Assembly (NCBI RefSeq): GCF_009914755.1
Contig: NC_060927.1
Origin: the human T2T-CHM13v2.0 reference genome, Homo sapiens
DNA: 64,000 nucleotides
Direction: 5' to 3' (one strand)
Made by a program: the position numbers and the translations under genes. A model generated the notes under the pieces. The model ran no database searches. It was not told the DNA's origin and saw nothing but the letters and a program-made list of their open reading frames with translations. This document shows positions 1 through 12,287 of the stretch, piece after piece. The stretch's first letter is position 1. The number at the start of each line of letters is the position of its first letter.

Positions 1-888
1 TTATGTATGCACATATATTATACATGTTACTTTTTTAGGTCATTGTGATTTTTTAATTAACTTAATATAGTCATTTATAAAATAATTCCAAGTGACTTTG
101 ATATGATTTCTAGTATTAATATAAGCATTATTTTAGCATGGAATGTTTAATTTAATAACGTTCTCATTTTTATCATATAATTTTAATTTCATAATAAACC
201 ATGTCATAATCTAGTAATCTTTAGTAGCATCCTCATTTTATAGATGATGTTAACTTATTTCAAATTCAGGAGACATATGAAACATAGTTATATATTTAAG
301 TGGTTATGTTTATTTATCATAATTTTTAAATAAGAATTTATAACTGAACTTTTATACTTAGGACAGAAAATTTTCTAAGCTAACAATTGATATTTGTTTT
401 TACCTGCACAGGACAGTAAATGCACTAAATGTAGAGATGATCTGATAGATATGGAAAGATGTAAACCAGTATACACTGTCCTATTACTAAGAGTGGATTC
501 AAATACACCATACATTTCAATGTACCAGATAGGGAAAGAAATCCAAAAAATGGTGATTAAAGTGTTTACACAATCCATGTAAAACTTCAAATGAATTGTT
601 GATTCAAATATAGATTTAGTTTTACATCAGTCTTTGAAATGGTAGAATTATAATTTTGTACTAACAAAAACTACATTATTTGTCTGGTAATCTCAACAAA
701 TTTAATTGTAATGAGATTCGTTGCAACAGAACCTTAGTTCAAAATGGTACGGCACACAGGAAAAAAAAGGATTTTTTTAAACTGAAGAAATCAAACTGTC
801 AAAATATCTAGAACTAGAGTTATATTGACAAAACTCACAACATTTTAAGATGTGTACTCAATTCTTAACAATTTAATTGTGCATTAGT

Positions 889-1276
889 TGCCTTGGTCTG
901 TTTGGGGTGCTATAATGAAATTTAACTCAGTGACTTACACATAACAAATATTTACTTCTCAAAGTTCTGGAGGCTGGGAAAGCCAAGATCAAGTCATGGG
1001 TACATTAGTTGCCTGTTAAGGGCCCATTACTCATAGATGATGACTTCTACCTGTCTTTCCATGTGTCCTCACATTGTGCAAGGGGCAGAGCAGCTCTCTG
1101 GAGCCTCTTTTATACAAGTACATATCACGTTCATGAGGGCTTCACCTCATGATTTAATCACTTCCCCAGGCCCCAGCTCTTAATATCATCACCTTGAGGG
1201 TTAGGAATTCAACCTCTGAATTTTCAGGAGGACATTTGTGTCCTCAGGAGGACATATGGTCCAACAGACCACAGCA
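889..1276 (-). mobile_element. MaLR solo LTR, MLT1A-like
   Basis: Matches recalled MLT1A motifs in antisense: AGTTCTGGAGGCTGGGAA..CCAAGATCAAG, CATGAGGGCTTCACCTCATGATTTAATCAC and a terminal CAGACCACAGCA. Length is about 390 bp. Confidence 0.8.
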
Positions 1277-3374
1277 CTACTGTTGTGACATATGTTTAAA
1301 AAGGTAACGTTAACTAAAATACTTAAAATGATTCTCGAAGAATAGAATGATTTTTAGTATACGTCTGGAATGACTATAAAACCAGTCTAGAAATTATAGA
1401 CCCATAATTTTTAGCCCGTATAATGCCATTGTATTTTTAAATCATGTGCATCAGAAAACTTAATTCTTTAAATGTAGATGAATTTAGGGATCTGTTTGTA
1501 TCACTATAATCCTAAAACATTGCTTTCTGAAAGATCTTAATAAATAACTACTTTTTCACTCTAAAAGCATTTGAAACCATCTTAGTGACTTGTAAAAAAA
1601 AATCATATACACAAAGTTGAGCTATATAAATTGAAAATAAAACAAAGTTAAGTACACACTTTGGGCCATTGTTGAAAGGTTGGGATGAATTGTCAAACTC
1701 ATATTTAATGTGGACATTTTAAATGAACTACAGTTGCCTAAAATGTGCACTACGAAAGAGTTTCATTTATATTCAGATTCTCTTACCTCAATTGTTTCAT
1801 TTTTCTGACTTCAAAATAAAATAAGCTAAAGCAAACACCACATGACATATGTGCACTTCAAACCACTGTCTGAAGCATTTATTTAATTAAACCAGGTTAA
1901 GAATCAATAATGTTCTATCCTGCCCTTCTATTCTCTACATCCTTTATATCAAAAGAAATCAAGTCTATCTTTACTTAATTTTTATTTGGTTTCATTACTG
2001 TGTCTCTCTTTTCCTTCTTGGTTTAAATGCTTTAAAAACAGAATACAAAGAAATAAAGAAACATCAGAATAAAAGAAAAAGCATTCCAGTACTGAGGGAA
2101 AAAAATGAATGGAATAAAATCATTATAGCTCTGAGTTAATCACCATAAATGTACTCAAATAGAACATTTGGAGTAGTAGAATATATCATCTTGACACAGT
2201 TAAATCCCAAAGTGTGCAAATCAAGAAGTTGTTTATGAGATTCTATTATGAGTGTTTAGCTATTAAAAATCTTTTTTGTTTTATTGGTGGTAATAAAACA
2301 CAATTTGCACAATGTTGTGAGCTTTTAAAAATTAAGTGTCAATATGTTGGGGTTTCTTTTCTTGACAAAAATTAAGTAATTATTCAATATCCAGATGGTC
2401 CATATAGAGAAACCTGCTTATCTACAAAAAGACTGATTTCTATGTTTAGGGTACAAAAATAGTTTAATTTTCACTAGTCTTTTAAAAAACAATCATGATT
2501 ATGTTTAGTTGATTAAGTTTTAAAACTAAATATCTAAAATAGTTCATAGTGAAAACAAGGTAGAAATGCTTAAGGAACAAGCACCATATATGTTCTATAG
2601 GTGGAGGTACTTTCAACCTTGCTGCGAGTATCACATCGTACATGCTTTTGGAGTGGCTGCAGGCAGGATGTGGGTAGGAATACTGGCTTGGGGGTCCAGG
2701 ATTTTTAGTTAGCCATGGACCTAAATATTTGAATAGTTGCAATGTATCAAGTTGTGTTATTTCAGGTTAGCATCGAGTGCTAAAGTTTTTATTTATATTC
2801 TAATAGACCTTATTTGGTCTATTAGAATCAACATATATAACATATCATTGGTTATATATAACCATTTCCAAAACTAAATTGAGCATTTCCATCTGACTTG
2901 AATGAAGTTGAACTCTGACACAATTTGAAAATCTTTAAGTATTTACTGACTTGTTTGCTGCATTTGGAAACTATCTGAGAAAACCTTGTATTTATATTTT
3001 CTTTCCACTATTACCTATTAAAGGAAGCAGAACATTTATGCTCTCTTCTATTTTCTAAGGGCACTCTTGTGACTTGCATAATTTAAAACATCAAACATTT
3101 TTTAAAGTTTCATTTTAAACTTATTTATTTCTTCAGCTTCCATCAATTTAAACAGAAATCTTCATTCTATTAGCTTTCATTTCTTTTAAATAAACAGGTC
3201 TATTTATATAGCAATGAAAATATATTTTCACTGCTCTACATTTAGAAGTGTCTTAATTGATTTTATAGTAGTAACCCAAGATTTAATATAATCTAACAGT
3301 ATATATGTTTTCTGAAAAACAATCCCTAAGAAAGAAAAAAAGTTCCCCAGTATAAACCATTAAAAAATTCATTT

Positions 3375-3550
3375 TTATATAATATACATGTTAAAATAAA
3401 TAAAATTGTTATAATAAATTATAATTATTATAATTAAATATTATAATAAAATATGTTTATATTTATATAATTTATAATATAAATTTATATTTATATAAAA
3501 TAATATAATAAAAATAATATATAAATAATTAAATATAATTATTATAATTT
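3375..3550. repeat. AT-rich low-complexity tract
   Basis: About 175 bp of almost pure A/T (TATAA/AATAA-type units). Confidence 0.9.
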
Positions 3551-4929
3551 CAGAAACTATGTTTCCTATGAAATATCGAGGCTAAAGTGAGTTATTATTA
3601 ATCTGTTCTATATTTAAGAAGCATATTCTACATATATAAGTAAATGTATTTCTAGAACATCTCTAAATTTAAAAAAAAATCATTAATAAACTGGCTGTAT
3701 CTTTCTTACTAACCAGTGAATTAAATTTACAAGCTGTGCCTTTGAAGCTGAAAAGATTGCAGGCACTGCCCTTGCTTCTTTGACACTCCACATGAAACAC
3801 AGTTAATAACCTCCTGTATAAGCCTGGTGAAACACCGAATTGATACTAATTATACCAACTTTGGGATAGAAGATGACCTTGACTTCAGCTGGAACTTTCT
3901 GCCAGGACAATAAATAAGAGCAAATGCCACAAAGCGTGACTTCTGAGAAGGGTCTAATACAATCTATTAACTTTCGGGAGTTCATGGAATTCCAATAAGT
4001 GTTCAGATAATTGTAATATTTTAAAACATCTCTTGCTTCAATAATACAGTAGTTTCTTATTTCTCTAGACTTCAAATAATCCCCCATTAGTTTTCTATAC
4101 TCATTTAAATTAAGCTATGGCCAGAAAATTAAAAGCTACTTGATGGAAAGTGTGTATAAGGTAACTACAAGACAAGGAAGCAGATTTTTCTGAATACCTT
4201 CTGAAATATGTACATAACATTTATACAGTTTTAGTATCAGAACTGCTTTTAGCGAAGCTATGACAACACTGTTTCTTAAATAAAGAAATATATCTATTAA
4301 ATGATTGAGAAAAACGACTAAGAAAAAGAATTTGCCCCAGTGAGTCCACAGGTTTAAACTATTGGAAAAAACCTGTCAAGATCAATAACGTGTAGCTGTG
4401 TCACAGTTAAAATTTTGATTTTAACAGAGTTAAAAAAGAAAGGGTCAATAAAGTTACTATAAATGCTAACAGGTAAGAACAGAAATTAAACTCTCTTCAC
4501 CAATATTGTTTAAAGAATTACGTTTGTGTCCAGAGAATTCTGTTCAAATGGTTCAGTTATAATAAATTAAAATACCTAGTTTAGGTCCACTTATTTTTCA
4601 TCTTAGAAAAAAAAGATGGACTCAAATATGCCCAGAGCTGTTTTGTTACTGACTGGTAAGCAAAGAAGGCTGAACAATGAGTGTTTACATGGGCAAAAGA
4701 GAAAGCAACTGTGAACTAACATGAAATTACATCAGAGTCATTGAGAAGCATGTGTTTTCAAAAACATTTAAACCAATTTTGATATTTAAAAAGCGGGTTC
4801 TATAATGAAGGACAATGGTATTCTAGGGTAGTCTGGTTTACACTGGGTAAAGTACAATGCTCTTAGTACAATTTTTTTCTCTTAAAGTCATCTTTTAAAA
4901 ATATTAATTTTAAGCCCCATTCTTCCACT

Positions 4930-5420
4930 CTGTTACTCTGGATGTCAGCAGGAAACTAATGGCCATCTCAAAGGGGTGGAGCCAAAGTGTGTAAAATAAG
5001 GAGACTTTTTAACAGAAGGACAGGCAGTTTTTGGAAACTAATAAAGTAGGAAAAGCACAAGAGAACTGTTGGCTACAGTAAGATGCTATTAGCAGCACTA
5101 GGCCAAAAGAGCCAAAGGAAGTGAGTGAAGTTATCCTAAGCAAAGAAAAACTGGAGCCATTTTTGGGTACCACTTAAAAGGAGCAGCAGTCAAGCAAGGA
5201 CACAGCCAGTATCAGAACCTCAAGAAAACGAGGACACTGGGGGACAGGGGACCAAAATTCAGACCACTTTTTTCTCTTGCCTTTCAATAGGATATTCTGT
5301 TAATTGAATTCATCTGAAAATCAAGGTCATTGCAGAGAAGTCAGCATTCTATAGCACAGAACAGGGCAAAACAGGACGAAAGATGGATTTGGAGACCAAA
5401 TGGAGAAGGAAGAACAGAGA
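4930..5420 (-). mobile_element. Old ERVL-class LTR remnant (LTR67B-like, family uncertain)
   Basis: Diverged motifs CAGCAGGAAACTAATGGCCATCTCAAA and GTCAGCATTCTATAGCACAGAACAGGG..GATGGATTTGGAG resemble a recalled ERVL LTR consensus. Confidence 0.4.
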
Positions 5421-5542
5421 TACATGTGCTCCAAATATGACACCCAACTTCTTTACTCAGAGCAGTTACATGTCAGATTATATTTTAGTTTTTCATTTCT
5501 CCTATAGGCATACATACTACAAGTCTATAATAGAAAACTAGT

Positions 5543-5824
5543 GGCTGGGCGCGGTGGCTCACGCCTTTAATCCCAGCACTTTTGGAGGCTGAGGCAGGCG
5601 ATCACCTGAGGTCAGGAGTTCAAGACCAGCCTGCCCAACATGGTGAAACCCCGTGTCTACTAAAAATACAAAAAATTAACTGGGCATGGTGGTGGGCGCC
5701 TGCAATCCCAGCTACTCAGGAGGCTGAGGCAGGAGAATCGCTTGACCCGGGAGGGGGAGGTTACAGTGAGCTGAGATCGCACCACTGCCCTCCAGCCTGG
5801 GCGACAAGAGAGAAACTCCATGTC

Positions 5825-5864
<40 letters not shown>
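5543..5864 (+). mobile_element. Alu (AluSq/Sx-like) with a pure A39 tail
   Basis: Complete dimer starting GGCTGGGCGCGGTGGCTCAC, with poly(A) at 5826-5864. Degenerate TSD: AGAAAACTAGT (5532-5542) and AGAAGACTAAT (5867-5877). Confidence 0.97.
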
Positions 5865-5866
<2 letters not shown>

Positions 5867-5939
5867 AGAAGACTAATAATGGAGTTAGAAATAGTGGTAA
5901 ATGGAAATACTTAAAAACACTTAACAATTCACTTTAATA

Positions 5940-6300
5940 CAGATGGTCTCCAAATTAGATAGTTTCATTTAAGATTTTTTTGCCTTCACGATGGCACAAA
6001 AGTGATACACGTCAGTAGAATCCATACTTTGAGTACCAATACAACCATTTTGTTTTTCACTTTCAGTCAGTATTCAATAAATTGCATGAGATATTCAATA
6101 CTTTATTATAAGATAAGCTTTGGGTTAGATCATTTTGCCTAACTGTAGGCTAATGTAAGTGTTCTGAAAATGTTTCAGGTAGGCTAGGCTAAACTGTAAT
6201 GTTCAGTAGGTTAGGTGTATTAAATACATTTTTGACTTATATTTTTAACTTACAATGGGATTATCTGGACATAACGCCATCATAAATTTAGGCGCATCTG
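5940..6300 (-). mobile_element. MER47A-like non-autonomous Tigger (TcMar) DNA transposon
   Basis: Terminal inverted repeats CAGATG..CATCTG with flanking TA dinucleotides (5938-5939, 6301-6302). Length is 361 bp, and the internal GTAGGCTAGGCTAA/GGTTAGGTGTATTAAAT motifs match the family. Confidence 0.85.
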
Positions 6301-6700
6301 TATGTGATTGCTTATTGCAGGCTGCGTTGGGAAAAGACAGACTCTAGAGGATAGAGGACGCATTATGGAACTTGATAAGGCTGCTTTGTTAGTAGATACT
6401 AACCTTATAATTTCTAAAATTAAATATGTTTATGCATTTCACTTGCTTAAAACAATGGCTGGTTCACAATAAATAATAAGGGTTAGCTTTTATAATAATT
6501 ATTCACAATTTTCTTAAAATTACCCATCCAAAAAACAGAGGATAAAAATGACTTTGTTCTTTTGTGAATATCAATGAGATTATCTGGCAACTGCTAGGTG
6601 AAGGCTGAAATCTATCGTAGATAGACCATCCTTTAAAGCCATGCGAGGCTTCTTAGAAAATTAAGCTATGAATATGTCTCTCTTGATTTCAAGTAAGTAG

Positions 6701-7222
6701 TTAAGTGTGGCACATTATGCCAACCCCCCAAAATGCCATTTTGTCATAAGGATTATTTTGAACTAAAGGCACTTGAGAACCAGTAGGTAGAGAAAGGACA
6801 CTGATCTCCCCCTTCCTCCCTTTAACAGGAGAAAAGGAACAATCTATCACCAGAGATGGGAGATAAACCCTGGTGGGAAAGATGCCAATCCCTGTAGCAG
6901 CATAAAAGAAATATTGTCACAGGGACTGGGAGTTAAGGCTAAGAAAAATCTGTACAAACACAGCTTGTTAAAATAACTCTTATCTTCATTATCCCCCCAC
7001 ACATTTTAATTATTTTTGCACTATGGCCATCCTTTATTCAACCTACTGTATAATCACTTGGGTTTTCTCACTTCTTTGGCTCCTCATTTTCCGTGATGAC
7101 TTCCAAATACATGTAAAACAAATATTTATTCTTTTATTCTGTTTAGTTTGTTTTATGTCAACTTAATTCTCAGGCCCAATTGAAGACTAAGAAGGCAGAG
7201 ATAAAGTTTTGCCTCTTCTATA
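6701..7222 (+). mobile_element. ERV1 solo LTR, MER34/MER39 group
   Basis: Starts with TATGCCAACCCCCAAAATGCC..TAAGGATTATTTTGAACTAAAGGCA and ends GAGATAAAGTTTTGCCTCTTCTATA. A 4-bp TSD GTAG lies at 6697-6700 and 7223-7226. Confidence 0.8.
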
Positions 7223-8339
7223 GTAGGATAAAACAGAATTGCATTGTAATTCTTAATTATTCAATTTAATGAGATCAGTTATCAAATAAATAAAAAACAA
7301 TTTTTAAACAAAAGTAAGCCATTTATAAGTAATCTACCTTGCCAAATATTAACACACCCATTGCAATAATAAGTTAAGGTAATGGCCTTTAGTATCAGAA
7401 ATAATCTGGTTTGGATGCCAAGTGCATGATATGCAAGTTATAGTTTAAGATTTGGCTTCTCCAACTCTAAAATTATTACGAGCATCAAAATAAGTAAGGA
7501 CTACAATTTTCAGTCATTATCATAATATGGCTGATATTCTAAATACGAGAAGCTATTACTATAAAAATTTATTAAGGATATCGATTTAGCTTAAGGAATT
7601 TGGACTTATTAATATTAATTGATACCATTTTCGTGTTAAAATATATTTCATTATCATTTGCTATCATTGATTTATAAAACTCACTACTCATCTTTGATAT
7701 ATTGACCTATGAAGTCGCTTATTTGACTTAAAACAATCATTACTAAATCCAATTGATTGAAATACACTAAAACTTTTTCAGTAAATTAAATAACTATGAA
7801 ATGTTTGGGATATTATCTAAACATATTCAAGATTAGGCAGAAAAACCACATTAGTTAAATTCCAAAAAGTTTTCGCTTCTTACTTAGTGTATTTTTCATT
7901 TTAAATAATTGTTCATCACAGAAAAATTAGCTTTTAAAATACTAAACAAAATAAAAAAGAGACTTCCTTATCCTGCATTATTGAAATAATCTGTTACATT
8001 TTGCAAATATTCTCAGAGATTTTATTTTAAACATATGCATGTGTACTGCTTATACAAAAAAATTGATGTGAAATATTTTTATTTTGCATGCTTTTTATCA
8101 TTTATGTCATGATCATCTTAATATGTCAATAATTGTAATTCTGTATTTCTTAAGTTTTTAGTAAGTTTTAATGACCTTCCTCTGAATATGAAAATATTAA
8201 TATATGGAGTCATTTTATTTTTCTAAATTTATAAGAATAATAATTTTACAATATTTTTTGCATTTGTTGTTAGGTATAAAACTATAGTGAAACATTTGAA
8301 TACAGATAAGTTTAAGTTTTCATGTGTATATTTAAAGTA

Positions 8340-10829
8340 CAGGCATGCTTTGGAGATATCATGGGTTCAGTTCCAGATCACCGCAATAAAGCACATATTA
8401 CAATATCATGAGTCTCACACATTTTTGTTTGTTTCTTAGTGCATATAAAAGTTAACTATCCCATAGTCTATTCAGTGTGCAATAGCATCATGTCCATAAA
8501 AACAATGTACGTACCTTAATTTAAAGTTGTTTTATTACTAAAAAATGCTAATGATCGTCTGAGTCTTCAGTGAGTTGTAATTTCTTTGCTGCTGGAGCAT
8601 CTTGCTTTGATGTTGATGGCTGCTGACTGATCAGTGAGTGATTGCTGAAGGTTAGAGTGGTAAGGCAATTTCTTAAAATAAAACAACAATAAGGTTTGAC
8701 ACATTGATTGATTATTCTTTTCCTGAAAATTTCTGTGCGATTTCTGTTTGATGAAATTTTATCCACAGTAGAACTGCTTTAAAAATTAAAGTCAATCCTC
8801 TGATACCCTTCCATTGCTTTATCAACTAAATTTATGTAATATTCTAAATCCTTTGTGATTATTTCAGCAATCTTCACAGGGCTAGGCACAGTGACTTATG
8901 CCTATAATCCCAGGACTTCGAGAGGCCAAGGTGTGAGGATTGCTTGAGGCCAGGAGTTCAAGACCACCGTGGGCAACATAGCAAGACCTTGATTCTGCAA
9001 AAAATTCAAAACAAACAAAAAATAAAAGCAAAATAAAAACATTGGTCACTGTATCTTCACCAGGAGTAGATTTCAGCTTAAGAAATCATTTTATTTGCTC
9101 CACCATAAGAATCAACTCCCTATCCATTAAGTTTGATGATGAGATTACAGTGATTCACTCACATCTTTAGGCTCTACTTATAGTTATCTTGCTATTTTTA
9201 CCATATCTGCACTTACTTCCACCACTGAAGTCTTGAATGTCTCAAAGTCATCTATAAAGTTTGGGATAAGCTTCTTCCAAACTCCTGCCAGTGTTGATAT
9301 TTTGACTTCCTCCCAGGAATCACAAATGATCGTAATGACATCTAGAATGGTGAATCATTTCCAGTAGGTTTTTAATTTACTTTGCACAGATTCATCAGAA
9401 GAATCACTGTCTTGGCAGCTATAGCTTTAAAAAATGTATCTCTTAAATAACAAAATTTGAAAGTTAAAATTATTCCTTGATCCATGGCCTACAGAATGGA
9501 TGTTGTGTTTAACAGGCATGAAAACAACATTAATGACCTTATACATCTCCTTTAGAGCTCTTGGGTAACTAGATGCATTGTCAATGAGCAGTAATATCTT
9601 GAAAGGAATCTTTTTTTTTTTCTTTTTCTGAGCAGTAGGTCTCAGTCTCAACATTGAGCTTAAAATATTCAATAAAACATGCTATAAATAGATGTGCTAA
9701 CACCCAGGCCTTGTTATAACATTGATGGAGCACAGATTAGATATAGTATATTTATTAAAGGCCTTAGGATTTTCAGAATGGTAAATGAACATTGGTTTCA
9801 ACTTAAAATCACCAGCTGCATTAACCCCTAACAAGCAAGTCAATCTGTTCTTAGAAGCTTTGAAGTCAGGCACTGGCTTCTATTCTCTACTTGTGAAAGT
9901 TATAAATGGCATCTTCTTCCAATAGAGGACTGTTTCATCTACATTTAAATGCTGTTGCTTAGTGCAGCTGCCTTCATTAGTGATCTTAGGTAGATGTTCT
10001 GGATAACATGCTATAGCTTCTCCATCAGCCCTTGTTGCTTCACCTTGCACTTCTATGTTCTGAAGATGACCTATTTTCTTAAGCCTTATGAACCAACCTC
10101 CACTAGCTTCAGACTTTTTTTCTGCAGCTCCTTCATGTCTTTCAATCTTCACAGAATTGAAGAGAGTTAGGGCCTTGGTCTGGATTAGGCTTTGGTTTAA
10201 GAGAATGCTGTGGCAGATTTGGTCTTAATCAAGACCACTTAAACTTTCTCTATATCAGCAATAAGGCTGTTTTGCTCCCTTATAATTTACATGTCCACCG
10301 GAGTAGCACTTTTCATCTCCTTCAAGAACTTTTTGTCTGCATTTACAACTTGACTGGCACAAGACGTGTAGCTTTCAGCCTCTCGTGGCTTTCAGCATGC
10401 CTTCCTCACTAAGCTTCATCATTTCTAGCTTCTGATTCAAAGTTAGAAATGTGTGCCACCTCCTTTCATTTGAATACTTAGAGATCATTGTAGGATTCTT
10501 AATTGGCCTAATGTCAATGTCTCAGGAACTAGGGAGCCTGGAGGAGAGGGAGAGGTGGGGAAAACAGCTGGTCAGTAAATTAGTCAGAACAGACACGTTT
10601 ATCAATTGTGTTTGCCTTCCTATATGAGCATGGTTTGTGGAATCCCAAAACAATTACAATGGAAACATCAAAGATTATTGATCACATATCACTGTAACAG
10701 ATATAGTAATGATGAAAGCTTGAAATATTGTCAAAATCCCCAAAATGTGACACAGACATTAAATGAGCACATGCTGTTGGAAAAATGGTGCCAGCCGACT
10801 AGGTCAATGCAGGGTTGCCACAAATCTTC

Positions 10830-10873
<44 letters not shown>

Positions 10874-10922
10874 TATCTGCAGAGCACAACAAAGTGAAGC
10901 ACAATAAAATGAAATATAGGCT
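8340..10922 (-). mobile_element. Tigger1 DNA transposon, near full length, with a decayed pogo-type transposase
   Basis: The left terminus TA|CAGGCATGCTTTGGAGATAT and the right terminus ..AAAGTGAAGCACAATAAAATGA match the Tigger1 ends. Minus-strand ORF fragments encode transposase motifs ([34 protein letters not shown]). Length is about 2.4 kb after removing the inserts. Confidence 0.93.
8880..9040 (+). mobile_element. FLAM / Alu left monomer inserted in Tigger1
   Basis: A single ~120-bp Alu left arm (GGATTGCTTGAGGCCAGGAGTTCAAGACCA) followed directly by an A-rich tail. Degenerate TSD CAATCTTCACAG / CATTGGTCACTG. Confidence 0.85.
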
Positions 10923-11642
10923 ACACAAACAGACAACAGCTGTTAGTGTTTTAAGGTCTAAGACATTTATGAGAATAATGAACATTGTGGTAAAATAGTA
11001 CTTTGCCTCTTTACTTAATGGAATATTTTAACCAAAATTCCATATTTCTATAACATCTTAATATTTCAATAATGTGTTATTTAATACATGACACAATATA
11101 CAGATTTTGGAATGTTCTCTTTTAAAAAGTCATATTGGTATTGATTTACAATTAAAGTGAGAGGTCTGCATTAAAATTATGGTGGAAAAATAGTATAAAT
11201 GATTTTCTACATAACATGAAGTCACTCAATGTAAAACTTTATTCTTAAGTGACACTCAAGGTATGATGATATATTCATCATATGCTAAGTTTGTCATAAT
11301 ACCCCTGAATAATTTTAAATTCATTTGGAAATTTTAAAATAGTACAACAGAATGAAAGAAGCAGCCTTCAAAGCCATTTAACCTACTTTCTGCATCGTAT
11401 TCTAAGTGAAGAAATGGAACCCCAGAGAAAATAAGATATTTACTTATGACCATACACTATTTATTTCTATAAGAAGCCTAAAATATTATTCTCCTGGATC
11501 ATCCTTTCTTCCAAAATGATTAGTGATAGGTATTCTTTTTTATATAGAAAGTCTTCAGTTGATATATTCTAATTTTATACATAGTTCAAGTTACAAGACT
11601 CAGAAGAGATGGAAGAAAGGAAGACTTTAAAAATAAAATACG

Positions 11643-11965
<323 letters not shown>

Positions 11966-12125
11966 ATAAGATTTTGTTCATTAATATTGTAAGACAAAAG
12001 CAGAGGGATCAAAATTTGAAGATTTATATTATTTAAATTTACTTTCAGACAATGCCACTAAGAATCATTACTTATTAAAGCCTGAAAGGCCTTGCCAAGT
12101 TAAAAGCTTCCATTTTTTCATTTAC

Positions 12126-12287
12126 TTTTTTTTTTTTTTTTTTTTTGGTCTGAGACGGAGTCTCACTCTGTCACCAGGCTGGAGTGCAGTGGTGTGATCT
12201 CAGCTCACTGCAACCTCTGCTCCCGGGTTCAAGTGATTCTCCTGCCTTAGCATCCCGAGTAGCTGGGACTACAGGCGCATGCTACCT
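12126..12287 (-). mobile_element. 5'-truncated Alu (right arm only, AluSc-like)
   Basis: Poly-T followed by GAGACGGAGTCTCACTCTGTCACCAGGCTGGAGTGCAG..GGGACTACAGGCGCATG. Confidence 0.93.

Noticed and set aside
392-582. Acceptor-like TTTGTTTTTACCTGCACAG followed by a short open frame, as a possible exon
   Set aside because: I recognise no protein similarity and no strong matching donor. It cannot be supported without transcript data.
3740-3885. TCF/LEF (CCTTTGAAG) and nuclear-receptor (TGACCTTGA) motifs in unique sequence
   Set aside because: Isolated short motifs are expected by chance in 64 kb, and no conservation data are available.
5582-5927. Alu-derived ORFs (also 11703, 28626, 36976, 39147-39639 and 40764)
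   Set aside because: These are standard spurious Alu translations with no independent coding evidence.
8548-10152. Transposase-like ORFs as a domesticated TIGD-type gene
   Set aside because: They are short broken frames within an ordinary decayed Tigger1 that is interrupted by a FLAM.
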